DNA of 64,000 nt, from NCBI GenBank assembly GCA_028715785.1, contig JAQURC010000005.1, forward strand, positions 2,095-66,094, written 5' to 3'. Each line of letters starts with the position of its first letter. Within the stretch, counting starts at the first letter, position 1. A program made the position numbers and the translations under genes. Shown here piece by piece: positions 11,331-21,815 of this stretch. A model generated the notes under the pieces. It ran no database searches, was not told where the DNA came from, and saw only the letters and a list, made by a program, of their open reading frames with translations. This DNA is from Candidatus Omnitrophota bacterium (GTDB lineage Bacteria > Omnitrophota > Gorgyraeia > Gygaellales > Profunditerraquicolaceae).

Positions 11331-11517
11331 ATTTCTTCATAAACTTATCCACGCGGCCGGCAGAATCCACCAGCTTTTGTTTTCCGGTAAAGAACGGATG
11401 GCACTTTGAGCAAATCTCAACGCGGATACTGGGTTTAGTCGAGCGGGTATGCACCGTCTCGCCGCAGGCGCAGACAATCGTGCTCTCTTTATAATTGGGA
11501 TGAATTTTATCTTTCAT
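11317..11517 (-). CDS. rpmE: 50S ribosomal protein L31 (zinc-binding type)
   Basis: 66 aa, 'MKDKIHPNY...CACGET...[12 protein letters not shown]'. Confidence 0.9.
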   Translation of the reverse strand: MKDKIHPNYKESTIVCACGETVHTRSTKPSIRVEICSKCHPFFTGKQKLVDSAGRVDKFMKKYGKK

Positions 11518-11531
11518 TTTTTTCTCCTCTG

Positions 11532-12791
11532 TTATTTCTGGTTCATGCTGTTTAAGAACTCTTCGTTATTCTTGGTCTTTCCTAACTTTTCAATCAACAA
11601 TTCCATCGCCTCCACATTATTTAACTCATTTAAAACTTTCCGCAAGATCCAGGTTTTCGATAATACATCCGGTTTGACCAGAAGCTCTTCATGGCGGGTA
11701 TTGGAACGCTTGATATCGATGGCCGGATAAATCCTGCGCTGGAATAAATTACGGTCCAGCTGGGTTTCCATATTGCCGGTGCCCTTAAACTCTTCAAAAA
11801 TAACTTCATCCATCCGGCTTCCGGTATCCACCAGGGCTGTGGCGATAATCGTAAGACTCCCGCCTTCATCTACCGCACGCGCCGCACCAAAGAATCTTTT
11901 TGGTTTCTGCAGGGCGTTGGAATCAATACCGCCTGAAAGGACCTTGCCGCTGTGCGGGACCACCGAGTTATAGGCGCGCGCCAGGCGGGTTATGCTATCC
12001 AGAAGGATCACTACATCGCGTTTATGCTCGACTAAACGCTTGGCCTTCTCCAAAACAATTTCGGCCACCTGGACGTGGCGCTCCGGCGGCTCATCAAAGG
12101 TGGAGGAAATTACTTCGCCCTTAACATTGCGCTGCATATCCGTAACTTCTTCCGGACGCTCGTCGATAAGCAAAACGATCAGGATTACGTCAGGATTATT
12201 GGTGGTGATGGCATTGGCGATCTTCTGCAGCAAAACAGTTTTACCGCTGTAAGGCTGGGCGACAATCAAACCGCGCTGGCCCCGGCCGATCGGCGTAAGC
12301 AGGCTCATAATCCGCATGGATAATTCATCCGGCCTGGTTTCCATATTAAACGGCGAACGGGGATAAACCGGGGTGAGGTTATCAAAAAGGACCTTTTCTT
12401 TCACCTCCTCCGGATTTTCAAAATTCACCGCTTCCACCTTAAGCAGGGCAAAATATTTTTCCCCTTCTTTAGGCGGGCGGATCTGCCCGCTTACCGTGTC
12501 TCCGGTGCGCAGTTCAAACTTCCTGATCTGTGAGGGTGAAATATAAATATCATCCGGACAAGGCAGATAATTGTAATTGGGGCTTCTTAAGAAACCAAAG
12601 CCCTCGGAAAGGATCTCCAATACCCCCTCCCCGAACATTAACCCTTCCTTTTCGGCCTGGGCCTGAAGTATTTTAAAGATCAAGTCCTGTTTTTTCAAGC
12701 CGCTGGTGCCGTTGGCATTTAATTCTTTAGCCAATTTATTCAGCTCGCTGATTTTCATTTCTTTAAGATTCTTTATATCTAACTTTTCCAC
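11532..12791 (-). CDS. rho: transcription termination factor Rho
   Basis: N-terminal 'LNKLAKEL' region, OB fold, and '[16 protein letters not shown]' Walker A. Confidence 0.95.
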   Translation of the reverse strand: MEKLDIKNLKEMKISELNKLAKELNANGTSGLKKQDLIFKILQAQAEKEGLMFGEGVLEILSEGFGFLRSPNYNYLPCPDDIYISPSQIRKFELRTGDTVSGQIRPPKEGEKYFALLKVEAVNFENPEEVKEKVLFDNLTPVYPRSPFNMETRPDELSMRIMSLLTPIGRGQRGLIVAQPYSGKTVLLQKIANAITTNNPDVILIVLLIDERPEEVTDMQRNVKGEVISSTFDEPPERHVQVAEIVLEKAKRLVEHKRDVVILLDSITRLARAYNSVVPHSGKVLSGGIDSNALQKPKRFFGAARAVDEGGSLTIIATALVDTGSRMDEVIFEEFKGTGNMETQLDRNLFQRRIYPAIDIKRSNTRHEELLVKPDVLSKTWILRKVLNELNNVEAMELLIEKLGKTKNNEEFLNSMNQK

Positions 12792-13387
12792 AACTTCCTC
12801 CTTATTGCTAAAACCTGTTTCCTGGTTTTTTCGATTGGACCGCTGTTATCTATGATGAAATCCGCAAAACGCGACTTTGCTTTTTGCGAAATCTGAGATT
12901 TTATTATCCTGACAACCTCATCTCTGTTAAGCCCCAAACTCTTTTGACCGCGTAAAATCTGCTGGCTCCTCTTAGCCGTGACCACAACCAGGCTATCAAC
13001 CATCTTTCTTAATCCCGCTTCGATAATTAAGGCTGCGTCCAGGACTATAAACTTCTTACTTGAATTTTTAATGCGCCGGCTGATCTGCCGGATTAATTCC
13101 GGATGCACGATATTGTTAAGCCGGACCAAGGCCTTCTTATCGGCAAAAACTATTTTTGCTAACTTCACCCGGTCAATACGGTTATTGGGCTTGATAATCT
13201 CCCGGCCAAAAGCCTTTTTGATCTTTCTATAGATGCCGCTGCCGGGCCGGTACAGCTTATGCGCCAGAACATCGGCATCGATAACCCGGACATCTTTTGT
13301 TTTAAACATCGCCGCGGCCGTGCTTTTTCCGCAGCCGATATTGCCGGTAACCCCCAGGATAAACTTATTTTTCCTTTGCTTTAGCAT
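12779..13387 (-). CDS. coaE: dephospho-CoA kinase
   Basis: '[14 protein letters not shown]' P-loop. The track ORF (to 13486) probably carries a spurious N-terminal extension; likely start is 'MLKQRKNKF'. Confidence 0.75.
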   Translation of the reverse strand: MLKQRKNKFILGVTGNIGCGKSTAAAMFKTKDVRVIDADVLAHKLYRPGSGIYRKIKKAFGREIIKPNNRIDRVKLAKIVFADKKALVRLNNIVHPELIRQISRRIKNSSKKFIVLDAALIIEAGLRKMVDSLVVVTAKRSQQILRGQKSLGLNRDEVVRIIKSQISQKAKSRFADFIIDNSGPIEKTRKQVLAIRRKLWKS

Positions 13388-14753
13388 ATAACCGGATATA
13401 TTTGTCGGCCGAGGCCTTCCAGGAAAAATTGCATTCCATGGCATTAACAACCAGGCGGCCCCACTTATCCTTATTTTTAAAGGCAAGCACCGCTTTCTGG
13501 ATTATTTTTTGCAATTCCTCCTCGGTATAATCGTCAAAAACAAAACCATTGTTCTTATTTATCGTGTCCGCCAGGCCGCCGGTCTTAAAAACAAGCGGTA
13601 TCGCCCCGTAGCGCAGGCTGATCAATTGCCCCAGGCCGCAAGGCTCATATCTTGACGGCATAAGAAAAATATCGCTGCCGGCATAAATTTTATGCGCCAG
13701 AGGATCATCAAACTTTAAACTTAAGGAAAATTTCTGCGGGTATTTTTTAGCAAATGTTTTCAGGATCCGGTGGTATTTCTGGTCTCCGGTCCCCAGGATA
13801 ACCAGCTGCAAGTCCATTCTGCAAATCTTATCCAGCGCGCGGGCAAAAATATCAAAACCTTTCTGTTCGGCCAGGCGGCTGACAATCCCCAATACAGGTA
13901 TATTTTTATTTACCGGCAGAGCGCAGATCTTTTGCAAATTCTCTTTGTTCAGAACCTTAAACTCCGGACAGCCTGCGGAAAAATTCTGTAAAATGAATTC
14001 ATCCGCATCCGGGTCCCAGACAGAATAGTCTACCCCGTTTAATATCCCGCTTAAGACACTTTTGCGCTCTTTTAAAAGCCCCTCTAAACCAAAACCAAAC
14101 TCCTTTGTCTGGATCTCCCTGGCGTAGGTGGGGCTGACGGTGTTGATAAAATCCGAGAATACTATTCCGCCTTTAAGCAGGTTGACCTTATTGTAAAATT
14201 CAAGGCCGTTGATATCAAAAAACTTCCAATCCAGCCCGAGCTTGGCGAATTCCTCTCTGGCAAAGATCCCCTGATAGCCGATATTGTGGATAGTCAAAAC
14301 ACTCTTGATATTTTTATAGAAATCCCGGCCGGCATATAAATTTTTTAAATACACCGCCATAAGACTTGCCTGCCAATCGTGCAGATGCAGGATATCGGGA
14401 CAAAAATCTATCTCCTTTAATAAATCCAAGCCGGCCCGGCAGAAAAAACTAAACCGCTCTAAGTTATCTTTATAATCGCCTTTCTTATCCATATACAATC
14501 CGTCGCGGTTAAAATAAGCGCTGTTCTCAATGAAATAAACCTTAATATTTTTCCCGATTACCGAACATGATATGTCTTTGGAAACCCGCGCGATTTTAAA
14601 TTTACTATCCGTAACGCACTTGTACTTTGGCATAATCACAATGACCTCATGGCCGCAATACTCCAGGGCCAAAGGCAGGGCGCCGCCTACGTCAGCAAGC
14701 CCTCCGGTCTTGGCAAAAGGCACAACTTCAGAAGCTGCCATTGCTATTTTCAT
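13365..14753 (-). CDS. glgA: glycogen synthase (ADP-glucose type, GT5)
   Basis: 'MKIAMAASEVVPFAKTGGLADV' KTGGL motif; the track ORF extends 15 codons further upstream. Confidence 0.85.
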   Translation of the reverse strand: MKIAMAASEVVPFAKTGGLADVGGALPLALEYCGHEVIVIMPKYKCVTDSKFKIARVSKDISCSVIGKNIKVYFIENSAYFNRDGLYMDKKGDYKDNLERFSFFCRAGLDLLKEIDFCPDILHLHDWQASLMAVYLKNLYAGRDFYKNIKSVLTIHNIGYQGIFAREEFAKLGLDWKFFDINGLEFYNKVNLLKGGIVFSDFINTVSPTYAREIQTKEFGFGLEGLLKERKSVLSGILNGVDYSVWDPDADEFILQNFSAGCPEFKVLNKENLQKICALPVNKNIPVLGIVSRLAEQKGFDIFARALDKICRMDLQLVILGTGDQKYHRILKTFAKKYPQKFSLSLKFDDPLAHKIYAGSDIFLMPSRYEPCGLGQLISLRYGAIPLVFKTGGLADTINKNNGFVFDDYTEEELQKIIQKAVLAFKNKDKWGRLVVNAMECNFSWKASADKYIRLYAKAKEK

Positions 14754-17314
14754 CGGCCAGCCTCCTTTGCCTGCGGATAAGCGAACATCTCCAGCCAATT
14801 TTTTCCTTTTTTCATATCTACTCTTATCGGCACATCCAATTTCATAACCTGCTCCATCTCTTTTTTGACCAAAGCCGCAAGGATATCTAACTCGCGGTTG
14901 GCCAGGTCAAAAACCAATTCGTCGTGGATCTGTAGAATCATTTTGGCCTCTAACCCCCTGGATTTAATCTGCGCCGATATGTTGATCATCGCCAGTTTAA
15001 TCAAATCACTGGCTGCCCCCTGGAGAGGAGTGTTCACCGCCTGGCGCTGGGCAAACTGCCGGATACCCAAATTCTTATTGTTAATCTCGGGGAGATACCT
15101 TCTTCTGCCCAATAATGTCGTGACAAAACCTTCGACTTCGGCTTTTTTAATTTGCGCCTCGATATATTTTTTTACTTTAGGGTAACGCAGGAAATAAGCG
15201 TCGATAAAATCCTGGGCTTGGGCCACCGGAATATCCAAATCTTTACTTAGGCCGTAGGCGCTCTGTCCATAAACAATACCAAAATTGACCCTCTTGGCGA
15301 CCTCGCGCATATTATCCTTAACCTCGGACTCAGGGATGTTATAGATCAAGGATGCGGTCAGCCGGTGTATATCCTGATTGCCGTGAAAAGCCTCAACCAA
15401 TGTTTCATCGCCTGAAAGGTGCGCCAGCACCCTTAATTCAATCTGCGAATAATCGCAGGACAACAGGCAGTTATCCTTGCCTGTGGCAATAATTGCCTGG
15501 CGGATCTTGCCGCCGATATCGGTCTTAACCGGAATATTCTGCAGGTTCGGATTGCTGGAGCTAAGCCTGCCGGTCTCGGTCCCTGTCTGATTAAATGATG
15601 TATGCACCCTGCCGGTTTGAGGATCTACCAGTTTAGGCAGCGCATCCACATAGGTATTTTTTAGTTTAGTCAACTGCCGGTATTCCAACAAAAGAGCAGG
15701 CAGCGCGTGTTTCTCCGTCAATCTATTCAACACTTCTTCATCCGTTGACGGGCCGGTCTTGGTCTTTTTGATTACCGGAAGGCCCAGCTTCTCAAATAAA
15801 ACCTGGCCCAGCTGTTTGGGTGAATTAATATTGAATTGCGTCCCGCTTGCCTCATAAATATCCGAAATTAATTTTATCAGCCGCTGTTCGATTTCACGCG
15901 CAAGTCCTTTAAGCAGTTTCAGGTCCAATTTTATCCCATCCTGCTCCATCTGGGCCAGAATACTCACTAAGGGCATCTCAAGGTTACAGAACAACTCGAA
16001 CAAATCTTTTTCCTGCAAGGCTTTGGTAAGGACGGGTTTTAGCCTGGCGATCAAAGCCAGCGCCTCTTTTGCCTGCGGCTCTCCCTGGCGGATAAATTCC
16101 CCTAAATTTTCCAATGCCAGGTCGCCAAGGGCGTAACTTGAGCGCGAAGGATTCAATAAATAGGCGGCGATCATCACATCAAAACCTAAACCGTTTAAAA
16201 CCAACCCTTCCTTAAAAAGGGAAACTTTTAATTTTTTAAGGTCATGGCCGGTCTTCTTTATATGGGCACTGGAAATTACCTTAGCTAATTCTTCCCTGGC
16301 CGACTTTGCATCGAAGAATTTATTGTCTACGGCAAAAATCAAATCTTCGGAGCAGGTCCCGAAAATGGCAATCTCATCGCAGTCCTTAAGCAGATCTTTT
16401 ATTTCATTTTGGCCATAGCTACGCAGGTTAACCTCTGTTTTTTTCTCCCCCGTATCCGGCAGCTCCCTAAGCAGCTTCTTAAACTCTAACTTTTTAAAAA
16501 TCCGGGATAACTGCGCGTAATCGGGCTGGCCGGTTTTGGCCTTTTTTAAATCCAACTTCATATCCACTTCCTGATTAAGGTGGATAAGCTCTTTATTTAA
16601 TTTTATGCGTTCGATATGCCCGGATAGCGCTTCCCGGATTTTTTCAGGCTCCACCTTTGAAACATTTTTAAGCAATTTATCCAGCGACCCAAATTCCAGG
16701 ATAAGTTTCTTCGCGGTTACCTCCCCGATCCCCGGGACTCCCGGGATATTATCCGAATCATCGCCCATCAGCGCGATGATATCGCTGATCCTCTCCGGGG
16801 TTACCCCGAAACGCTCTTTGACCTTGGCCGGATCATACAAGACCCCGCTGTTGTCTTTGTAAGGGCTCAATACCGAAACACGCTTATCCACTAATTGCAG
16901 GATATCTTTATCGCTGCTTACAATGGTCACGGAAATTTTTTTAGCCGCAGCCTCCCTGGCAAACTGGGCAATTATATCATCAGCCTCAAAACCTTTTTTC
17001 TCGAATATGGGAATGCCGTAGGCAGCGACAATCTCTTTGATTATCGGGATCTGGCTGACCAGGCCGTCGGGCATCGGGCGCCTTTGCATCTTATACTGGG
17101 CAAATTTGGCTAGGCGAAAGGTGTCCCTTGAAACATCAAAACAACAAACCAGGTAATCCGGTTTCTGCTCTTTTAATATTTTATTAAGGATATTCAGGAA
17201 CCCATAAATCGCGTTGGTCTGCTGGCCCGAAGAGGTGCTTAATCCGCTCAAGGCATAAAATGCCCGGTAGCAGAATGCGGTCGCGTCAATCAGAAATAAA
17301 CTTTTTTCAGCCAT
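14750..17314 (-). CDS. polA: DNA polymerase I (5'-3' exonuclease plus polymerase domains)
   Basis: N-terminal FEN-like region ('LFLIDATAFCYRAFYA'); C-terminal 'RRRYLPEI', 'QIHDELVFD' and 'KKGKNW' family-A polymerase motifs. Confidence 0.95.
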   Translation of the reverse strand: MAEKSLFLIDATAFCYRAFYALSGLSTSSGQQTNAIYGFLNILNKILKEQKPDYLVCCFDVSRDTFRLAKFAQYKMQRRPMPDGLVSQIPIIKEIVAAYGIPIFEKKGFEADDIIAQFAREAAAKKISVTIVSSDKDILQLVDKRVSVLSPYKDNSGVLYDPAKVKERFGVTPERISDIIALMGDDSDNIPGVPGIGEVTAKKLILEFGSLDKLLKNVSKVEPEKIREALSGHIERIKLNKELIHLNQEVDMKLDLKKAKTGQPDYAQLSRIFKKLEFKKLLRELPDTGEKKTEVNLRSYGQNEIKDLLKDCDEIAIFGTCSEDLIFAVDNKFFDAKSAREELAKVISSAHIKKTGHDLKKLKVSLFKEGLVLNGLGFDVMIAAYLLNPSRSSYALGDLALENLGEFIRQGEPQAKEALALIARLKPVLTKALQEKDLFELFCNLEMPLVSILAQMEQDGIKLDLKLLKGLAREIEQRLIKLISDIYEASGTQFNINSPKQLGQVLFEKLGLPVIKKTKTGPSTDEEVLNRLTEKHALPALLLEYRQLTKLKNTYVDALPKLVDPQTGRVHTSFNQTGTETGRLSSSNPNLQNIPVKTDIGGKIRQAIIATGKDNCLLSCDYSQIELRVLAHLSGDETLVEAFHGNQDIHRLTASLIYNIPESEVKDNMREVAKRVNFGIVYGQSAYGLSKDLDIPVAQAQDFIDAYFLRYPKVKKYIEAQIKKAEVEGFVTTLLGRRRYLPEINNKNLGIRQFAQRQAVNTPLQGAASDLIKLAMINISAQIKSRGLEAKMILQIHDELVFDLANRELDILAALVKKEMEQVMKLDVPIRVDMKKGKNWLEMFAYPQAKEAGR

Positions 17315-17373
17315 TAATTAAATATGCCAGGAGTTCACTATAAGGAAAGATATTCTTGCGGTACGTTTTTATC

Positions 17374-17901
17374 TCATTCTTCCCGCTGTTCAGAAATCGG
17401 CTGTTTAGACATGCGGATATCTTTAAAGCGGCGGGCTGCCTTCTGCGTCCAGGGATCATCAGGAGAACCGATCTGGGCGCGCTTACCCCAATACAATGCG
17501 GCTTTTTCCAGATCGCCCTTATTTTCATAAAAAAGCGCCAGGTTGCTGTAAGCGCCTGAATAACCGGGGTCAATTTTGAGCGACTTTAGATAACTTTCTT
17601 CTGCCCGTTCAGGAAGGCCCATAGCTTCATAAACAACCCCTAAATCATTGTAGGCAACCGCATAACCGGGGTCTATGGCAATGGCCTTCTGATACAAGCC
17701 CATGGCTTCACTCAGACTGCCAATACGCTGTTTTCCTAACCCCGCTTGCCGGTATTCCTGGGCTTGCAGATGTAATTGGTCCGCATCTTCCGGGGCAGGA
17801 TTGGCCGCTGCCCTTTGGATAAAGAGAGTTCCGCCGGAGGAAAAAACGCATAACGTTGCAATTAAAATAATTAGGAATTTAGGCAGGATATCTTTATTCA
17901 T
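17374..17901 (-). CDS. secreted TPR-repeat protein
   Basis: Signal peptide followed by three to four TPR units ('AIAIDPGYAVAYNDLGVVY', 'SLKIDPGYSGAYSNLALFY'). Confidence 0.7.
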   Translation of the reverse strand: MNKDILPKFLIILIATLCVFSSGGTLFIQRAAANPAPEDADQLHLQAQEYRQAGLGKQRIGSLSEAMGLYQKAIAIDPGYAVAYNDLGVVYEAMGLPERAEESYLKSLKIDPGYSGAYSNLALFYENKGDLEKAALYWGKRAQIGSPDDPWTQKAARRFKDIRMSKQPISEQREE

Positions 17902-17911
17902 TTATTTATTA

Positions 17912-17940
17912 ATTATATACATTTAATATGCAATCGTCAA
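17912..17940 (-). promoter_or_regulatory. sigma70-type promoter (TTGACG-17-TATAAT) upstream of the TPR gene
   Basis: Minus-strand read 'cTTGACGattgcatattaaatgtaTATAATtaataaataaATG'. -35 is the complement of 17935-17940; -10 is the complement of 17912-17917. The leader is very short. Confidence 0.4.
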
Positions 17941-17953
17941 GAAAAATTTAACT

Positions 17954-20485
17954 TTAGATAATCGGTTCCATAGTTAGGGCCGGATGTTGCGCCTTTTCTA
18001 AAAAAGCCATAAGCTCTTCGGAGCTGGTGGCCGCTGATTCATCGGCAATTTTATCCAATAGATCCGGTTGGCCGATTTCTTCGGCCGCTCTTCTTAGCTT
18101 ATCTCCCAGGATTTCTTTTAACTCTTTAGGCATCCAGACCGCTCTTTTTAATCCGCCTTCGGCTGAAATAAATTTTTTGCTCAAAATGTATAATTTGCCG
18201 ACACCCAGGAATCCGGGGGTCTGCACCCCGCCGCTAACTGAGCCGGCTAAAGCAGTAAAACTCATTCCCGAAGGAGTCATCCCGGGATAATCCCGGTGGA
18301 CAATCATTACTCCGTTGGCCTCGGGAATGATAGCCACAATACATTCAAAACATCCGCAGGAGGATTGCGGGCTGTCCATCAGCGAATACATGCTTACCTT
18401 ATCAATGGTATGATTGGACTTCTGCTGCACGAACTCATTTATATTATCCCACTGGCCCAGACGGGCATCCAAAAGATTGCCTTTGAGGATGGGCTGATTC
18501 GGGCCGGTGGGAATAATTTCAAAAGAAGCCTTGGCATCAAGCCAGGAGTATGCCCCGCATAAACCTAAGCGCTCCGGGGTAACCACGCAGACATGGTTGG
18601 GGGCAAAAGATTGGCATAATAAGCAGGAATAGAATGTATCCACGCTCTCATCGGTCATCCCGGCTAAACGTTCATCGCGCTGGCTGTATATTTTTTGCGC
18701 TTGCGCCGACAGCCTCTCCACATCTTCCTGATTGGTATAAAGCTTAACCTGCACCTTATCCACAATCGCGCTATACTCCTGGTGTAACATCGCGTGCAAA
18801 ATGATCCCCAAATGCTTAAGCCTGAAACCTTTACTATGAGCGTCATTGGATACCCTGATCCAAACCATATCGCGCTGGCCCATATGCATAAGGCCCATCG
18901 CGTAATTGGTAAAACGGTGGATCTGCCGCTCTAAGATCGGCTCAAAATCTTTCTGCATCTTGCGGCCGAAAACATCGACCATGATCGCCAAAGGCAAGGC
19001 TTTGGATCCGGCGGGCAGCTGGTCGATATCCGGGCCGATTAATTCCACCTTCCCGTCATCAACGCCGGCTTCATCTTTGGCTTCTAAAAATTCGATTGCC
19101 CGGCTTACTTTACCCCCGAATTCAACAGCCAGATGCTCCTTGCGCACGCGCTCGCCTTCGAATGCCGCCGCATATGGCAGCGGTATGGCCACCTCGGAGA
19201 TTTTAACTTTAATCCCGCGGGTCAAAATACATTTAGAAGGTATCTTCCGGTAATCTTTCTCCGTAACCCAAGCCTCAAATAGCGTGGTATCGATCTTAGG
19301 CAACCGCGCAACTTCTAGGTCCGTAATTATGGGCAGGCCAAAAGCCAGCCATCCCAAACCCGCAGCTACCAAAACTTCGTCGATATGGCTAAGCAGGAGA
19401 ATAAATGCCGGAACACGGTTACGGGTATAACCGGCTATACTCTCCCATTGCCCGGGTTTGTTGCCTCCGTAAATTAAAGGCAGGCGTACCGCAAAATTTA
19501 GCGCATAAATTGCGGAAAGATAATCGTCCCCCAGGGCAACGATATAATTTTCCAAACCTAATTCTATCCCCTGGCTGGCAAGCTGCTGCCTAAAAGTGTT
19601 TCCATTAACATTTCCCGCCAGTAAGCTGACAATATTTTTAGATTGAAAATTACGGATCAGTTCTGCGGCTGCCCGCTCATCCTTGGCCGGGCCCAAAATT
19701 ACGGCAATACCGCTGATCCTTGCGTCAACCAACTGCAGCCCAAGCGAACGCAGGATATTATCGGGGATAAAACCCGATCCTTCCTTAGGGTGTTCATGAT
19801 CTGATACTGCCAAGGCCGCCAAAATCTCCTCGCAGATCAAAACAGCAACCCCCTTATTCAATAAACCGCCTAAACTATTAATAATCAAGCCGCTCGGAGC
19901 CAGCCGATTATCAGCTAAACCTTGAGCTTGGGCAAAAACAGTTAAACAATCTCCAAGATTTTTTACTTCGATATTTAAAAGCGCGTTGATTAAAGGCAAA
20001 TAATAATTGGTCCCGGCAAACTCAATCTTTGCCTCTTTGCCTTTGCGGTTTATCGCGCTATCTAACGACTGGCGGGTAAGATTTAATATTGTTTCTGTTC
20101 CTTTTGTTCCCGGCTCTACAAGCGCTTTGGCCGCATCCCGGCCTTGATCAATAAATAAAACCAGGCATACGCCCACTGCCTTGCCGTCTTTAAATTTGAC
20201 CGCCTCTGCCCTGCCCTCGCCCACGATCTCCTGTATCGGGCTGTTGATTACTTCGATATCCGCGGGCAGCTCTTCGCTGAACTTATCCAAACTATTTACA
20301 AGCTTAATTCCGACTTTATGTTTTTCCTGGATTAATCTGGCTAACTTCAAGGCAGGCTGCGCCGGGCCGTCGATACAAACCGTATCGTTGATCAGGTAAT
20401 CGTCTAATTTCTTAAAATCATCCTCGGAGCTTAATAAAACTACCCCTTTTTTCCTGGCTCCCGGTATTTGCGGCAGGCTAGGCAT
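17954..20485 (-). CDS. acsB: acetyl-CoA synthase subunit (CODH/ACS A-cluster subunit, AcsB/CdhC family)
   Basis: 'YSCLLCQSFAPNHVCVVTPERLGLCGAYSWLDAKA', 'SSCGCFECIVAI' (the Cys-Gly-Cys Ni site), 'GMTPSGMSFTALAG' and C-terminal 'HPALTMEPII' match what I recall of Moorella AcsB. About 100 aa of N-terminal extension if the ATG at 20485 is used. Confidence 0.8.
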   Translation of the reverse strand: MPSLPQIPGARKKGVVLLSSEDDFKKLDDYLINDTVCIDGPAQPALKLARLIQEKHKVGIKLVNSLDKFSEELPADIEVINSPIQEIVGEGRAEAVKFKDGKAVGVCLVLFIDQGRDAAKALVEPGTKGTETILNLTRQSLDSAINRKGKEAKIEFAGTNYYLPLINALLNIEVKNLGDCLTVFAQAQGLADNRLAPSGLIINSLGGLLNKGVAVLICEEILAALAVSDHEHPKEGSGFIPDNILRSLGLQLVDARISGIAVILGPAKDERAAAELIRNFQSKNIVSLLAGNVNGNTFRQQLASQGIELGLENYIVALGDDYLSAIYALNFAVRLPLIYGGNKPGQWESIAGYTRNRVPAFILLLSHIDEVLVAAGLGWLAFGLPIITDLEVARLPKIDTTLFEAWVTEKDYRKIPSKCILTRGIKVKISEVAIPLPYAAAFEGERVRKEHLAVEFGGKVSRAIEFLEAKDEAGVDDGKVELIGPDIDQLPAGSKALPLAIMVDVFGRKMQKDFEPILERQIHRFTNYAMGLMHMGQRDMVWIRVSNDAHSKGFRLKHLGIILHAMLHQEYSAIVDKVQVKLYTNQEDVERLSAQAQKIYSQRDERLAGMTDESVDTFYSCLLCQSFAPNHVCVVTPERLGLCGAYSWLDAKASFEIIPTGPNQPILKGNLLDARLGQWDNINEFVQQKSNHTIDKVSMYSLMDSPQSSCGCFECIVAIIPEANGVMIVHRDYPGMTPSGMSFTALAGSVSGGVQTPGFLGVGKLYILSKKFISAEGGLKRAVWMPKELKEILGDKLRRAAEEIGQPDLLDKIADESAATSSEELMAFLEKAQHPALTMEPII

Positions 20486-21355
20486 TTATAATCCGCTAGC
20501 CTCTAAAACTCTAGGCACGATTTTATCCCAGCCAATCGGCATAATATGGATCCCCTGGCACATGGGTTTTAATTCCTTGATCAGGCGGCTGGCGATTTCT
20601 ATGGAGGTGGCTGCTTTATCTTTACTTAATTCCATCTCTTTGATCAAATTATCCGGAACAAAAACTCCGGGGATATTCTTGTTCATATAGTCGGCCATCT
20701 TTGCCGACTTCAACAGGACAATACCTGCCATAACCGGCACTTTTACCTGCTTTATCTTAGAGATAAATTTTTCAAAAGCCCCTACATCAAAAATTGCCTG
20801 CGTTTGAAAAAATTCCGCTCCGGCCCTGATTTTCTTTTCCATCTTCATGATCTGCGGCTCTAAAGGGTCGGAACCCGGGTTAACCACCGCGCCCAGGCAA
20901 AATTCCGGAGGATTGCCGATTAACTTGTTGCCGTTCATATCCTGTCCGGTTTCTAATTTTCTAGCCACTTGCAATAATTGCACCGAATCCAGATCAAAAA
21001 CCGGCTTGGCTTGCGGATGGTCACCAAGAGTGGGATAGTCTCCGGTTAAAATCAACACATTTTGGATGCCTAATACCGCGGCGGAAAGTAAATCCGATTG
21101 CAGGGCAAGCCGGTTACGGTCGCGGCAGGTGAGCTGATAAATCGGCTCAAAACCTTTTTCTTTAAGCAGGTAACTTACGGCTAATGAGCCCAGGCGCATT
21201 ACCGAACTTTGCAGATCAGTAACATTGATTCCGTCAACCTTATCCCGGATAAGCTCGGCGTCCTCTAGAAACTGTTTCGTTTCGATCCCCTTGGGAGGGC
21301 CGATCTCCGAAGTCACTAAAAATTTCTGCGCCTGTATTTTTTCTTTGAATGTCAT
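20486..21355 (-). CDS. metF: methylenetetrahydrofolate reductase
   Basis: Homology starts at 'MTFKEKIQAQKFLVTSEIGPPKG'. The track ORF (to 21532) adds 59 junk residues from the upstream non-coding region. Confidence 0.8.
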   Translation of the reverse strand: MTFKEKIQAQKFLVTSEIGPPKGIETKQFLEDAELIRDKVDGINVTDLQSSVMRLGSLAVSYLLKEKGFEPIYQLTCRDRNRLALQSDLLSAAVLGIQNVLILTGDYPTLGDHPQAKPVFDLDSVQLLQVARKLETGQDMNGNKLIGNPPEFCLGAVVNPGSDPLEPQIMKMEKKIRAGAEFFQTQAIFDVGAFEKFISKIKQVKVPVMAGIVLLKSAKMADYMNKNIPGVFVPDNLIKEMELSKDKAATSIEIASRLIKELKPMCQGIHIMPIGWDKIVPRVLEASGL

Positions 21356-21610
21356 AGTTTTATCAGTTTTAGCGGGTCCTGTCGAGCCTTGTCTCTCGCA
21401 GCACCGCTCGATTTTCCCCAGCGTGGAAAATCTTCGCTTCGGCAAAAATTCTCGCTCTGCCGTGTCTTTTTTAGCGGGGCAACCCTGCCCGCTCGAATTT
21501 TTGAGATGCTGCTCGAGTTCAAGCCTCGCCACCCGCTAAATGCAATTTTAGTTTTCAATCCAATCAAAACTAGGACCGTTTCTATTTTACTATATTCTAT
21601 ATAAATGAAC

Positions 21611-21815
21611 CTGTCATTTTCGAGCGAGTGTCGATTTTAGCCAATGGAGCTTGAGCATTGAGGGCATCCCAAGGCCAACCTTTAGGTTGGCAATCTTGGG
21701 ATGGCGATGCTGTTTGAGTGGTTTTTGCTAGAGCAAAAACCACGAGTTCAGCAGCCACCGAAATGCGAAAGATCATTGGCGTTAAAAAATCGACCTCGAG
21801 CGAGAAAACTGACAG
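21611..21815. repeat. ~205-bp element bounded by ~28-bp imperfect inverted repeats and enclosing two near-perfect hairpins (MITE-like element or structured RNA)
   Basis: Arms 21611-21638 'ctgtcattttcgagcgagtgtcgatttt' and 21786-21815 (reverse complement 'ctgtcagttttctcgctcgaggtcgatttt'). Internal hairpins at 21665-21703 (9-bp plus 6-bp stems) and 21718-21743 (11-bp perfect stem, tetraloop). Confidence 0.4.

Noticed and set aside
17954-20485. Whether the 843-aa protein is the CODH catalytic subunit (CooS/AcsA) rather than AcsB
   Set aside because: CooS has an N-terminal Cys-rich B/D-cluster region and the C-cluster motifs, which are absent here. The CQSFAPNHVC, SCGCFE and HPALTM C-terminal signatures are specific to the ACS A-cluster subunit.
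21356-21610. Known riboswitch (THF, SAM-I/II or ZTP) in the metF leader
   Set aside because: I could not find the conserved cores I remember for these classes (GCGUUAAGUG for THF, the SAM-I GA-motif core, or the ZTP pseudoknot CCGGGCGGA / GGGUCGUGAC). The region is kept only as an unclassified structured leader.
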